From positions 15,562,001-15,626,000 of the forward strand of contig JBHGNT010000018.1 in assembly GCA_043228905.1 (NCBI GenBank): 64,000 bases of DNA. Direction: 5' to 3'. Both the position numbers and the translations under genes were made by a program. The stretch comes from Azolla caroliniana. Its lineage: Eukaryota > Plantae > Polypodiophyta. This document shows, piece by piece, positions 1-11,274 of the stretch (positions within the stretch are counted from its first letter, which is position 1; each line of letters begins with the position of its first letter). The notes beneath the pieces are model-generated. The model was given only the letters and a program-made list of their open reading frames with translations. It did not search any database and was not told the DNA's origin.

Positions 1-121
1 GATTGGGAAGAAGCTTTCCATTTCCACATCATTAGTAATACTCATAGTAACACTGGCAGCTCTCACAGATTAGGAAGAAGCTTTTCATTTCCACATCATT
101 AATAATACTCATAATAACACT
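1..121. repeat. Direct repeat, two ~54-bp copies 67 bp apart
   Basis: gattgggaagaagctttccatttccacatcattagtaatactcatagtaacact (1-54) recurs with a few substitutions at 68-121. Confidence 0.85.
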
Positions 122-2094
122 AACTCCGCCTCCTCTTCAACTTGCTCTTCTCCTCATGATCTCAGGAAATATAATCAACCTTTAATCCATGTGAGTAACA
201 ACAATATAGACAACCTGGGTAGCTTTAATGGAAGCTTGAGTGTAAACTTTGCTGCCATTGTCGCCATTGCCGCCTTTGTTGTTGCCAATGGTCAAAGTAC
301 TGTCAAGAGTGGGAGCCGCCATTGCGCCGCCATTGCCACTGCCAATGGTCCCCCCCACATGAGCAGTGATGTGAGCAAGGCTACTGCCTGGCAATGGCGC
401 CATGGCCGCCGCCATTCTAGCCCTTCCGTCGTCGCTTCCTCTGCCCACCACCACCACCACCATCTGAATCATGCTTCCGCCCACCCTGCACATCTTCATC
501 TCCTCCAATCGCCGTCGCCTAATGCTATGCTTTATCCCACCATCCTTAACAACGCCGCCATCGTTCAAATTCTGATTGATGAGGATGTGATCAGGTCGCA
601 CTGGACCTTCAAGGCTGTCAACATCAGCAGCACAGATGGCGATTCCCGCTTCAAATCCAAAGCCATGGATCGAATGATACACTACTAAGGTGCCGCCCCT
701 GACTCAAAATCCTGCCAATCTCTGCCAAATTGAAGTTACAATTATTGATCAGGAAATCCCTCCCCACGATCAACTGTCATCGCTCTTCGATGAGGCAGAC
801 CTCTGCAGCCTCAAAGCTTGCATGGTGGAGGCGCATCTCCCTCGCCCATGCCCGCCGCCGCCTGTACGTCTCGCTGCCTCTTGTGATCCCATTCACAAAC
901 TGCCTGATACTCTTAATGGGGCATCGACTAACGCCTTCTAGAAGATTCTTCGCCATTTCACCGCCCCATTCAAATCAGGTTCAAAACCAGGTCCTGCAGG
1001 ATCGAATTGTAATCCACGATCATAGAATGGATTAGGGTTACCTCGATTTGCAAGGCGAGGAAGATGTCAATTCCCACAGCATAGGCATGGAGTCAGCTAC
1101 AACGAAGATGGTGATGCAACGATGGAGGAGGAGGAGGAGGAGGAGGAGGAGGAACTACAACATTACCATCACTACATTTGTCACCATTACCATCATTATC
1201 ACCATGGCCGACCTCTTGGGGACGAATTCACCGGCTCTGACCTAAACGACGAGGAACATTATGTAGAGGCAACATCAGTACTGGAGCTTGACTATGAAGA
1301 TAAGGGGAGCTCAAGGAGGACGAGCTCGGGCCGTGCGAGTAGTCGAAGCTCTAGCCGACCTAGGCGGCATTCAAACAACGACTATGTTCAGATGTCTCGG
1401 AGAAGACCCGATCTTTTCTTCCATGGAACTACCTGGCACCTACATAGATCAGTACACCAATGGCGATCTTGCAGAGCGTAACAATTTCCCGCCCGAATCA
1501 GAATCTATGCATGCAGAAATCGCTGCCATGGATCCTCAGAGGTGTAGAGAACGTGGAGACAGAAGTATTGAGGAGGTAATTATGGAAGGAAAGGATGATG
1601 ATTATGATGAGCAGATGAGTTGCAGGAATAAGTACCAGGATACCCCTTGAAAAATCCCCTAAGTAAAGAAATTTGTGTTTGAAGGGTATTCTGGTAAATA
1701 GGGCTTGTAGATTTGAGTGTATAATTACTTTATAAAGTGTATTTTTTGGACATAGGGGTAGTTTGGTAAATTTGGAACATCCAGGGGCATTCTGGTAAAT
1801 AGACAAACTTCTAGGGGTATCTTGGTACTTTTCCCAAATAAGAAATAGTAGGGGGAAGGGTATGAAGTAAAATTAAGAGAGAGGGGAGGGGTACAATGGA
1901 AATTAATGGAAGAAAAAAGGGGGAAAGGGTAGCTTAAGTTTTTAGGAAAAGATTAAGGGAGGAAGGGGAGACTCGAGAGGGTAGAGTAACATAGGTAAAG
2001 GAGGGAGGGGTATCGTGAGAAATTTGGTAAAGTAAAAAAGAGGGGAGGGAGAATCAAGAAAGAGGGATTCGGCATCAATGAACCATTCCCTACA

Positions 2095-3127
2095 TCCTCG
2101 ATGTAGAATGGTGTAGCTGAACAAATGAACTAGACCATTCAAGAAAGAGAGATGACAATGCTTCAACACGTAGGACTAAAGCTGGAATTTTGGGCTAAGG
2201 TGGTGCAGACGACTATCTATTGGATCAACCAATCATTGTCCAAGGCCATCAAACTACAAATGCCACAGGCACTATGGTCGGGTAAGCAGCTAAACTACAA
2301 CTAGCTTCGCATATATGGGTGCGAAGCATCAACACATATACCGAGGGAGAACCGAATGAAGTTTGCTCCCCATTTGAGAAAATGCATCTTTCTCAGATAT
2401 GGGACAGATGGGAATTTCGGCTATCAGCTATGGGACCCAGAGAACATCAAGTTGATCTGAAGTAGCGACGTAGTTTTCAATGAAAACTCAATTAGCTCAG
2501 TCAGAAATCCTTCCCAAATCGACAGGCGAGTGAGTTTCGACCTCTCTCAAAATGAGTCAAAGGCCGAAATGTCAAATGCCCAACCCCAATTCGGCCAACA
2601 AGCAGACAACCAAACCCGATTTTGAATCGGCTAGAAAGCTGACCAAAAGGGACATAGATGAATTGATCGAACACTCCTAAGGTAAGGTAAGATCCGACAT
2701 CGAGGCAAGAATTTTGCAGATTTCCTCCAACAAATGGTATCAAGGGTTCAAACAATGTTGACCAGACACCTCTATAGGTCGAAGAAGCTGAACTGACACA
2801 ATCGGCACCAAGGAGATCTGGACGAGTCCGAAAGTTGACAAAGTTTTATCAACCGTGCTTAGACTATATCAATTATTCAAACGCATGCAAACCGAGCTCA
2901 TACGAAGAAGCTATCATTGCATTGGATGCCGACATGTTGTGACAAGCCATGATATCCGAGATGGACTTAATTAAACAAAACGACACATGGGAGCTTGTCG
3001 AATTACCCGTCGTTAGAAAGTCGTTGCCTTGCAAATGGGTGTAGAGATACAAATATGTATCTACTTCAAATCAACCCAAATATAAAGCTTGACTCGTTGC
3101 AAAGGGATTCAAACAAGAACATGGTGT
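2095..3127 (+). mobile_element. Degenerate Ty1/copia fragment (integrase C-terminus to start of RT)
   Basis: Manual translation gives GVAEQMN*TIQER, EFWAKVVQTTIYWIN, WELVELP..RKSLPCKWV and LVAKGFKQEHGV, with stops and frameshifts. Confidence 0.85.
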
Positions 3128-3966
3128 TGAGGCAGAACCACTGGGGTTCAGGACCAGAAGGTTTGTGAAAAGGAGAGGTGCATGGGCACGCTTGAATCAA
3201 CTCCAAGTCACAAGATGAACGAGCATAGAAGAGGAAGGCTTACACACAAGACATGAATGTTCAAACGCCTTTGTGAAAAGGAGAAATGCATGGGCAAGCC
3301 CGAATCAACCCCTAGTCACAAGACGAACTAACGCACGAGAGGAGGGCTTACCCACAAGACACAAATGTTCAAATGCCTTTGTGAAAAGGAGAATTGCATG
3401 GGCAAGCCCGAATCAACCACTAGTCACAAGACAAACTAACGCACGAGAGGAAGTGACACGCACAAGACATGAATGTTTGAACGCATTTGTCAAAAGGAGA
3501 AGTGCATGGGCAAGCCCGAATCAACCCCTTGACACAAGATGAACTAACACACGAGAGGAGGTTACACACACAAGACACGAATAGTGATAGATAAAAGAAA
3601 ACAACACTTAATCTCAAAACAAGAGCTTCTTTTATAAAATAAGATTCAAGTTACAACATGTTGAAACAAGGAAGATAATTCTCAAGAAGGGGGAAGAGAG
3701 TTGGAGAAGAGAAATTAGTGGAGCATAAAAGAGAGAAATCCTTCATTGTTGATGAGGTCCCCTAACGACCGACGACTTTGTTGCCTTTATTATGAAATCA
3801 TGTCCCTCCTTATGGGCAAAGAGGTCCACTCAGCCAAGAGCCAACAGAGAGCTGGCTAAGGCTAAGTGCCAAATCGACTGAAGCCGAATATGCCAAGGAC
3901 AAATATGTAAATACATACATGTATATATATATGTATGTATAAACCCTACGTATATATATGTCAACA
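3125..3966. mobile_element. Putative LTR-like insertion containing a 108-bp tandem array
   Basis: Begins TGTTGA and ends TCAACA, and the copia RT stops here. No matching TSD found. Confidence 0.4.
3162..3581. repeat. Tandem repeat, four copies of a 108-bp unit
   Basis: tttgt(g/c)aaaaggaga..tgcatgggca starts at 3162, 3270, 3378 and 3486. Confidence 0.9.
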
Positions 3967-4519
3967 ATTGTGTGAGTAGATACACCAAAAATACCCAAAA
4001 ATTAGGCATTTATAGTTTTCTAAAAAATCTCTATAATGACTTACTGTTAGATCCCGAGCTTGCTAGCATCTCACGCCCCTTCATATGTTGGACAAAATCT
4101 AAGTTCATACATGCCCTCCTAGTTAAGACTAAATTTTCAAAAAATCCACCCAAATCCCCCACGTAATATTATATTGTCATCCTAAAACCCTTTTTCATCA
4201 CATTAAGAACTCCTCCCTCACTCTTATACCCATCATTATCATCATTAAACTCTTTCCCCCCTCTCTCACTCCCTATCACTTTCATACACACATTTCTCTC
4301 TCTCTCTCTCTGTCTCTGTCTCTCTCTCTCTCTCATCAACACCTCCTATTATATCTCATTTACTACACAAATAAAATCCTCCCCACTCATTTTCTCTCAC
4401 TCCCTCTTCCTCTCCTTCCTCCCCACCCCTTTATTAATCACGTTCTCTTGTTGTAATGGTATTTGCATTGAAGAGCTCCACTAGTTTGCGTAAGACCATC
4501 ACCCTCTTTTAATAAAATC

Positions 4520-4560
<41 letters not shown>

Positions 4561-5946
4561 ATGTATGTTGCGTACTCTCTCTTGTTTAGCTTAACCACCC
4601 TCTAATCTCCGCATGCCTATCCATATGCAGTCCTTGATCCGACCATTTGGTCCTAACAAGACACATTAAACCTTGTGTCTATTTATTCTTTCTGTTAGTT
4701 TGTTGTCATTCTGCTTGTTTGTTCGATTGTCTAGCTTGAGTTTTGTTGGGAAAACATGTCCCTCCGAATGGGGAGAAGAGTACAAGCCGAATCGGATGGA
4801 ACCAAAGGGTAATTCAGCCGAGGTTGAAATCAAGAATCGATTATATAACCGATTCGGAAGACTATACTTGTAAATAGTCTAAATCTGTAAATAGCCAGAA
4901 AGTTGATAAGTATAAATACAACTAGGGCAAACTTTATGGAGGTAATGTGAATCAGTTAGTGATAGTGTATAGTTATTGATGAGGTCGTTGCCTCCGTAAC
5001 TGGGTATGATAGAGAGTGAGAGTGTGTGTAACTCTGTAGTCGTCGCTTCACGAAGAAGAGGTCAAGGTTGTTGCTTTGAATCCTCTTGTTGTGCTCCTCC
5101 CCTTATAATGATTTAGTTCGGAGTTCGAGGATTCCCGTGGTTTTTCCCTTTCGGGCTTTCCACGTTAAATCTTGTGTCTCTATACTTGTGTTTTCTGTTT
5201 TCTCGTTTTTTCTGTTTGTGCAATATCTCGCTTGTTTCTTTGCACCTGAAGATGTATACGAGCAACCGGTTGTGGCCGGTTCCGATCCTAACAAAATGGC
5301 ATCAGAGCGATGGATGAACATTTCGATGGAATGTTCAAGTTAACTAGCTCCAACTATTCAGTGTGGAAGTCGAAGATGCAGGATATGCTCGCGTGCAAAG
5401 ACCTGTGGTTGCGGGTGCAATATGACAAGATGAAGCCAGACAAGATCAATGCATCGACTTGGGAAGTCATGCATCTGAAGTTAGTTGCACACATAAGGTG
5501 TTTTATAGACATGAGTCTATACAACAACTTTGATGAAGAGACGAATGCCAACGTCCTTTGGACGAAGATTGGCGTGATGTTCGAAAACAAGAACGTTGTG
5601 AACAGAGTCTCAGTTTTCAAAAAAATTGTGAGACTCTGGTATCAAGACGAGTCCAACATGGCAGGGCATATTAATGTCTTCCAAGGACTGATGAATCAAA
5701 CCACCTCTCTAAAGGTACCTCTTGCCGATGAGGTATTAGCACTATTGTTACGAGGATCCCTTCTAGACAATTGGGAGACGTTCGTTGTCACTTTGGGCAA
5801 CGTCGGACCAGAAAGGAAGCATCTATCCCTAGAGCAGGTGAAGAAGCTCGACGGAAGGATCGAGAGTCCATTGCTGACCCAAAGGCCTTAGTCACGGAAA
5901 GTGACACAAATCAAGGAAGAGGCCGAAATAGAAGTCCCCAGAATCG

Positions 5947-6539
5947 TGTCGCAAAACAGCGCTCGGTCACAAACCGAGGAATAGGATCAACTCACAGAAA
6001 ACGGGAAATACAAAGTGCACGAAGACAATAGAGAGAAGAGTACACAGGGTGTTTTACGTGGAAAACCCTAAATGGGAAAAAACCACGGGAGTCCTCAAAC
6101 TCCAACTATCACTATACACAGAGATGTACAATGGTGAAGCTACAAGACAACAACCTTGAGCTCACTGTCTTCGCCACAGGCGGCGGTAATACACAGAGGC
6201 GTCGACCTCTTCCTTTCTCTCTCTTTCTCTCTCGACTGCTCTCACTTCGCTCTCTCGGTTGAAAACATAAAAAATGAGCAACAACGTAAAACTGTTTGCC
6301 CTAAGTCATATTTATACGCATATGACTTTCGGGCTATTTACAAATATAGCCTCAAGGGCCCTTGGTAAACATATTCACAAATATGTCCCCGCATCCGGAT
6401 CTCGCTCAGGGTACATTCATCATCCGGCTCCGTAGCCGGGATCTTCATCATCCGGCTCCCTAGCCGGGACCGTAACCGTAACCGGAGTTGCCGTCATTCA
6501 TCTCCGGACATCCCATCCGGAGGGACCGAAATCCCAACA
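5947..6539 (-). repeat. 3' LTR of copia B (593 bp)
   Basis: Near-identical to 10654-11274 and adjacent to the PPT. Confidence 0.95.
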
Positions 6540-6550
6540 AACTCCCCCTT
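6540..6550 (-). other. Polypurine tract of copia B
   Basis: Minus-strand AAGGGGGAGTT directly before the 3' LTR. Confidence 0.9.
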
Positions 6551-9500
6551 CACTTCGGCATGGGATGTCTCTCCAATCCGATCCTCTTCCGGCATGCTTC
6601 CAGCTTGTCGGGTGTGAGAACCTTGGTCAGCATATCCGACCCGTTCTCGTCTGTGTGGATCTTCGTCAGCACGAATTCCTTGTCTTCTATCCTTTCCCGG
6701 ATCCAGTGGTATCTACGCTGGATGTGCTTCGTCCGGGAGTGATAGGCCGCATTCTTCGCAAGGTGGATGGCACTCTGACTGTCACAGTAGAGTCGGTACC
6801 CCTCCTGCCGGATACCGAGCTCTCTAATGAAGTCCTTCATCCATATTATTTCCTTGCCGGCTTCAACAGCCGCCATGTACTCCGCCTCCGTAGTTGACAA
6901 CGCAACCGTCTTCTGCAGCCTCGACTGCCACGAAACAGCTCCCCCTGCATACGTCATCACATACCCTGATGTGGACCGGCTGGTATCTGCATCAGCCGAC
7001 ATATCCGAATCGGTAAAGCCGTCGAGTTCGGGCTTACCGGAGCCGAATCGGAGGCACACGTTTGTCGTGCCCTTCAGGTATCGGAGTATCCACTTGACCG
7101 CGTTCCAGTGCTCTTTGCCGGGATTGCTCATGTACCGGCTCACCACTCCGACTGCGTATCCTATGTCCGGTCTTGTACACACCATTGCGTACATCAAGCT
7201 TCCGACGGCAGAGGCATATGGTACTTTCATCATGTCCTCCTTCTCAGCCTTTGTCTCGGGGCTTTGCTTGCTGGACAACTTGCAGTTTGCCGGGAGGGTT
7301 GACCCGACCGGTCTTGCTTCCGACATGTTGAACCGGTGAAGCACCTTTGTCACGTACTTCTCCTGTGACAGCCACAACTGCTTCTTCTTCCGGTTCCGGA
7401 TGATGTGCATCCCTAGTATTTGCCTCGCTGGACCCAGGTCCTTCATTGAGAAAGTTCGGTGAAGCGCTTTCTTCAGCATCCGTATCTTGGCCTGGTCCCG
7501 TCCGATGATCAACATGTCGTCCACGTAAAGGAGGAGTATTAGAAAGTCTCCTCCTTCGAACTTCTTCACAAACACGCAGTGATCGGACTGCGTTTTGTGG
7601 TACCCTTCGTCGGTCATGAAGGAGTCGAACTTCCGGTACCATTGCCGGGGAGCCTGCTTCAGTCCGTAAAGGCTCTTCTTCAACCGGCATACCAGGTGCT
7701 CCTTCCCTTTCTTCTCGAATCCTTCCGGTTGCTGCATGTAGATCTCTTCTTCGAGGTCACCGTGAAGGAATGCCGTCTTCACGTCCATTTGTTCTACCTC
7801 GAGGTCCATGCTTGCTGCTATGCTCAGCACCGTCCGGATGGAGGTCATCTTCACTACCGGGGCAAATATCTCCTCGAAGTCGACGCCCTTCTTCTGCTGG
7901 AACCCCTTCACTACGATCCTGGCTTTGTATCTCGGGGGGTTTCCGGCATCTCCCGGTTTCAGCTTGAACACCCACTTGTTTCGAAGTGCCCGCTTACCTT
8001 TCGGCAACTCCACAAGTTCATATGTGTGGTTCTCATGCAGGGAATCCATCTCCTCCTGCATGGCACTTAACCACCTGCGGCTATGGTTGTCAAGCTTTGC
8101 TTCTTCAAAACTTTCTGGCTCCCCCTCGTCGGTTAGCAGCACGTGCTCTGGTTCCGGAAATCTCCGGGGGGCCCTTCTCTCTCTTAGAGGATATCTCCGT
8201 TCCGGAGCTTCGGTAACCGGCTCCTCCGTTTCCTCTTCATCCGAATCCATTTCAGGATCGGGGCCGGTTCCGATATCAGTTTCATCTTCCTCGGCCGGTT
8301 CTGTTTCTTCACCGTCTTCGGCCGGATCCTCGAGTGCTAACCGGTCCCTTGCCGGTCGGGACTGCTCTTCGTAGAGTTGATCCTCACCGGTTGACTTGGA
8401 GCTCTTCATCTTCTTCTCCGACTCCCAGTCGGCGAGTGTCTTGTCCTCCATGAAGATGATATCACGACTCCTGAATATCTTCTTGTCGACCGGGTCCCAT
8501 ACTCGGTAGCCGAACTCGTCGTCGCCGTAACCGAGGAATATGCATGGCCGGGTCTTTGGATCTAACTTTCCTCTCCGGTCCTTTGCCACATGCACGTATG
8601 CGAGACACCCGAACACCTTCAGATGCCGGTAGGACACTTCCTTACCGGTCCACACTTTCTGCGGCGTGTCTCCGTCCAAAGGTACTGAGGGTGATTTATT
8701 TATCACATACGCCGCCGTCGACATTGCCTCAGCCCAAAATCCCTTGGGTAATTTCGCATGTGCTAGCATACTCCGGACCCTCTCCATTATGGTCCGGTTC
8801 ATCCTCTCGGCCAGCCCGTTCAGTTCCGGCGTCTTCGGCACAGTAAACTCGAGCCGGATTCCCTTAGAGCGACAGTACTCTGCGAACTGCCCCCGGTATT
8901 CCCCTCCGTTATCCGCTCGTATCGCTTTCAGCTTCTTGCCGGATTCTCTTTCCACTCTCGCGTGGAGTTCTTTGAAGACGGACAATACTTGGTCCTTTGT
9001 CTTCAACGGTGCCGTCCACAGCTTCCGGCTATGGTCATCTATGAATGTTACGAAGTACTGAGCTCCGCCATGTGACTTCGCTTCTACTTGACACACATCA
9101 GTGTGTACCAACTCCAATGGTGCGCTACGTCTCGTCGGTGGCCTTGAGTGGAAGTAGGTCCGGTTTTGCTTACCGGCCAGACAGTCGGTACACTTCCCCA
9201 GGTGTACGTGCTTTACCGGTATCAGGTTGTCATCGGCAAGCCTCTTCATCCCCTTCTCACTCATGTGGCACGGTCTCTTGTGCCACAGCTCACCGGCAGT
9301 GTCGGCTGCCACGTTCAGCTCCTCCGGACATAGCCGGGAATTCATCAGGTACAGTGTATTGACCTTCCGGGCCCGAGCCACTATCAGGCTCCCTTTGCTG
9401 AACTTCATGACACCGTTCCGGATGCTACCCGTGTAGCCTTCATCATCTAGCCTCCCGGCCGAGATCAGGTTCAATCGGACCTCCGGAACGTGTCGAACAT

Positions 9501-10623
9501 CCTTCAGCAGCATCTTGCATCCGGTTGATGTCATCAGCCACACGTCTCCTATGCCGGCAATCCGGCATGTGCCTTCATTTCCCATCCGGACACAGCCGTG
9601 CTCACCGGCTGTGTAGGATGAGAAGTATTTCTTCTCCGGGGTCAGGTGGAACGACGCTCCGGAATCGACCACCCAGGTCATCTCTACACCGGCAAGGTTC
9701 AGCTCCCTCTCTTCGGTAATGAGAATTATCTCTTCTTCACTTGCCGCGAGTGCCGTCGTTCCTTTCCGGTCCTGCCCTCGCCGATCCGGACCTCTCCGGT
9801 CTGTGGCTCCCCGGTATGCACCGTTTCTCTCCGGTGACTTCTTCGAATCGGTGTCGTCGGCTCCGTTGTCCTTTCGGTAATGCCGACAATTCTTCCGGAA
9901 GTGCCCCGGCTTCCCACAGTGGAAGCATGTGGGCCTTCCTCTTGACTGCGACCGGGTCCCCGACTTCTCCCGTCTTTGCGGACTCCGGTTCCATTGTCTT
10001 CCCCGATCCGATTCGGTAAGCAGCATCTTCGGATCGGAAACCGGTTCTTTATCTCTCCGACGCGCTTCTTCGTTCAAAATGCTTGTCTTTACCGTTTGTA
10101 GAGACAAGTTATCTTCGGTGCAGGAGGTGCTGAGAGTCACCACCAAGTTCTCCCAGCTTTCCGGCAATGTACACATCAGAATGATGGCTTGCATTGCATC
10201 CTCCAACGGGAACTTGATCGCCGCAAGCTGGTTCACGAATCCCATGAACGTGCTCACGTGTTCCACCATATTCTCGCCGTCCCGGTACTTGAGGTTCACT
10301 ATCTTCCTCATCAGGGAGGTCCGGTTCAACGCATTCTTCCTCTCGTAGAGGCCCGACAGCTTCTTCCACATCTCATATGCGTTGGTGTCATTCGCCACAT
10401 GTTGTAGAACGCTTACATCGACATATTGCCGGATCGTCGCTACGGCTTTCCGGTTCAGGAGCTTCCACTCCGACTCTATTACCCCCTTGGGTATCTCGGC
10501 ATTGTCGATCGGTTCATACAGGTCTCGGACGATGAGAAGGTCTTCCATCTTTATCTTCCAGTCGGCGTAGTTCTGTGAGTTTAACACCATCATGCCCGGA
10601 GGCCCACTACCGCCGCCTTCCAT
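6550..10623 (-). CDS. gag-pol: Copia Gag-Pol polyprotein, 1357 aa (Gag, CCHC knuckle, protease, integrase, RT, RNase H)
   Basis: First ATG after the PBS is at 10623. Motifs CFHCGKPGHFRKNC, WVVDSGAS, HTD..FIDD..NGLAERMNRT, LLYVDDM, FTDSD and HSRTKHI occur in copia order. Confidence 0.96.
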   Translation of the reverse strand: MEGGGSGPPGMMVLNSQNYADWKIKMEDLLIVRDLYEPIDNAEIPKGVIESEWKLLNRKAVATIRQYVDVSVLQHVANDTNAYEMWKKLSGLYERKNALNRTSLMRKIVNLKYRDGENMVEHVSTFMGFVNQLAAIKFPLEDAMQAIILMCTLPESWENLVVTLSTSCTEDNLSLQTVKTSILNEEARRRDKEPVSDPKMLLTESDRGRQWNRSPQRREKSGTRSQSRGRPTCFHCGKPGHFRKNCRHYRKDNGADDTDSKKSPERNGAYRGATDRRGPDRRGQDRKGTTALAASEEEIILITEERELNLAGVEMTWVVDSGASFHLTPEKKYFSSYTAGEHGCVRMGNEGTCRIAGIGDVWLMTSTGCKMLLKDVRHVPEVRLNLISAGRLDDEGYTGSIRNGVMKFSKGSLIVARARKVNTLYLMNSRLCPEELNVAADTAGELWHKRPCHMSEKGMKRLADDNLIPVKHVHLGKCTDCLAGKQNRTYFHSRPPTRRSAPLELVHTDVCQVEAKSHGGAQYFVTFIDDHSRKLWTAPLKTKDQVLSVFKELHARVERESGKKLKAIRADNGGEYRGQFAEYCRSKGIRLEFTVPKTPELNGLAERMNRTIMERVRSMLAHAKLPKGFWAEAMSTAAYVINKSPSVPLDGDTPQKVWTGKEVSYRHLKVFGCLAYVHVAKDRRGKLDPKTRPCIFLGYGDDEFGYRVWDPVDKKIFRSRDIIFMEDKTLADWESEKKMKSSKSTGEDQLYEEQSRPARDRLALEDPAEDGEETEPAEEDETDIGTGPDPEMDSDEEETEEPVTEAPERRYPLRERRAPRRFPEPEHVLLTDEGEPESFEEAKLDNHSRRWLSAMQEEMDSLHENHTYELVELPKGKRALRNKWVFKLKPGDAGNPPRYKARIVVKGFQQKKGVDFEEIFAPVVKMTSIRTVLSIAASMDLEVEQMDVKTAFLHGDLEEEIYMQQPEGFEKKGKEHLVCRLKKSLYGLKQAPRQWYRKFDSFMTDEGYHKTQSDHCVFVKKFEGGDFLILLLYVDDMLIIGRDQAKIRMLKKALHRTFSMKDLGPARQILGMHIIRNRKKKQLWLSQEKYVTKVLHRFNMSEARPVGSTLPANCKLSSKQSPETKAEKEDMMKVPYASAVGSLMYAMVCTRPDIGYAVGVVSRYMSNPGKEHWNAVKWILRYLKGTTNVCLRFGSGKPELDGFTDSDMSADADTSRSTSGYVMTYAGGAVSWQSRLQKTVALSTTEAEYMAAVEAGKEIIWMKDFIRELGIRQEGYRLYCDSQSAIHLAKNAAYHSRTKHIQRRYHWIRERIEDKEFVLTKIHTDENGSDMLTKVLTPDKLEACRKRIGLERHPMPK

Positions 10624-10638
10624 TTTCTGTGTTACCGT

Positions 10639-10650
10639 GCTCTGATACCA
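10639..10650 (-). other. Primer binding site (tRNA-iMet) of copia B
   Basis: Minus-strand TGGTATCAGAGC, 3 nt inside the 5' LTR. Confidence 0.95.
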
Positions 10651-10653
10651 ATT

Positions 10654-11274
10654 TGTCGCAAAATAGCGCTCGGTCACAAACCGAGGAATAGGATCAACTC
10701 ACAGAAAACGGGAAATACAAAGTGCACGAAGACAATAGAGAGAAGAGTACACAGGGTGTTTTACGTGGAAAACCCTAAATGGGAAAAAACCACGGGAGTC
10801 CTCAAACTCCAACTATCACTATACACAGAGATGTACAATGGTGAAGCTACAAGACAACAACCTTGAGCTCACTGTCTTCGCCACAGGCGGCGGTAATACA
10901 CAGAGGCGTCGACCTCTTCCTTTCTCTCTCTTTCTCTCTCGACTGCTCTCACTTCGCTCTCTCGGCTGAAAACATAAAAAATGAGCAACAACGTAAAACT
11001 GTTTGCCCTAAGTCATATTTATACGCATATGACTTTCGGGCTATTTACAAATATAGCCTCAAGGGCCCTTGGTAAACATATTCACAAATATGTCCCCGCA
11101 TCCGGATCTCGCTCAGGGTACATTCATCATCCGGCTCCGTAGCCGGGGTCTTCATCATCCGGCTCCGTAGCCGGGATCTTCATCATCCGGCTCCCTAGCC
11201 GGGACCGTAACCGTAACCGGAGTTGCCGTCATTCATCTCCGGACATCCCATCCGGAGGGACCGAAATCCCAACA
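10654..11274 (-). repeat. 5' LTR of copia B (621 bp)
   Basis: Matches the 3' LTR except for about 2 substitutions and one extra 28-bp unit. Confidence 0.95.

Larger units (their letters stand above)
5947..11274 (-). mobile_element. Intact young Ty1/copia LTR retrotransposon B (Tnt1/Tork-like, inferred)
   Basis: TG..CA LTRs at 5947-6539 and 10654-11274, 5-bp TSD AATCG (5942-5946 and 11275-11279), PBS, PPT and an uninterrupted polyprotein. Confidence 0.97.

Noticed and set aside
182-1650. Cluster of short ORFs rich in His, Glu, Arg and Ala
   Set aside because: Overlapping low-complexity frames driven by CAC/GAG/GCC repeats, with no recognisable domain. Possibly the decayed interior of a DNA transposon.
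3162-3581. CRISPR-like array (also considered for 61138-61305 and 45463-45606)
   Set aside because: The whole unit repeats with no unique spacers, there are no cas genes, and the context is eukaryotic.
3969-4658. Possible additional solo LTR ending CCTAACA
   Set aside because: LTR-like composition but no TSD, PBS, PPT or partner copy.
6565-10570. Many plus-strand and alternative-frame ORFs within copia B
   Set aside because: Shadow ORFs of a GC-rich coding sequence, with no motifs.
10624-10677. N-terminal extension MTERYFATNWYQSTVTQK of the copia polyprotein
   Set aside because: It begins at a GTG inside the LTR and spans the PBS. The likely start is ATG 10623.
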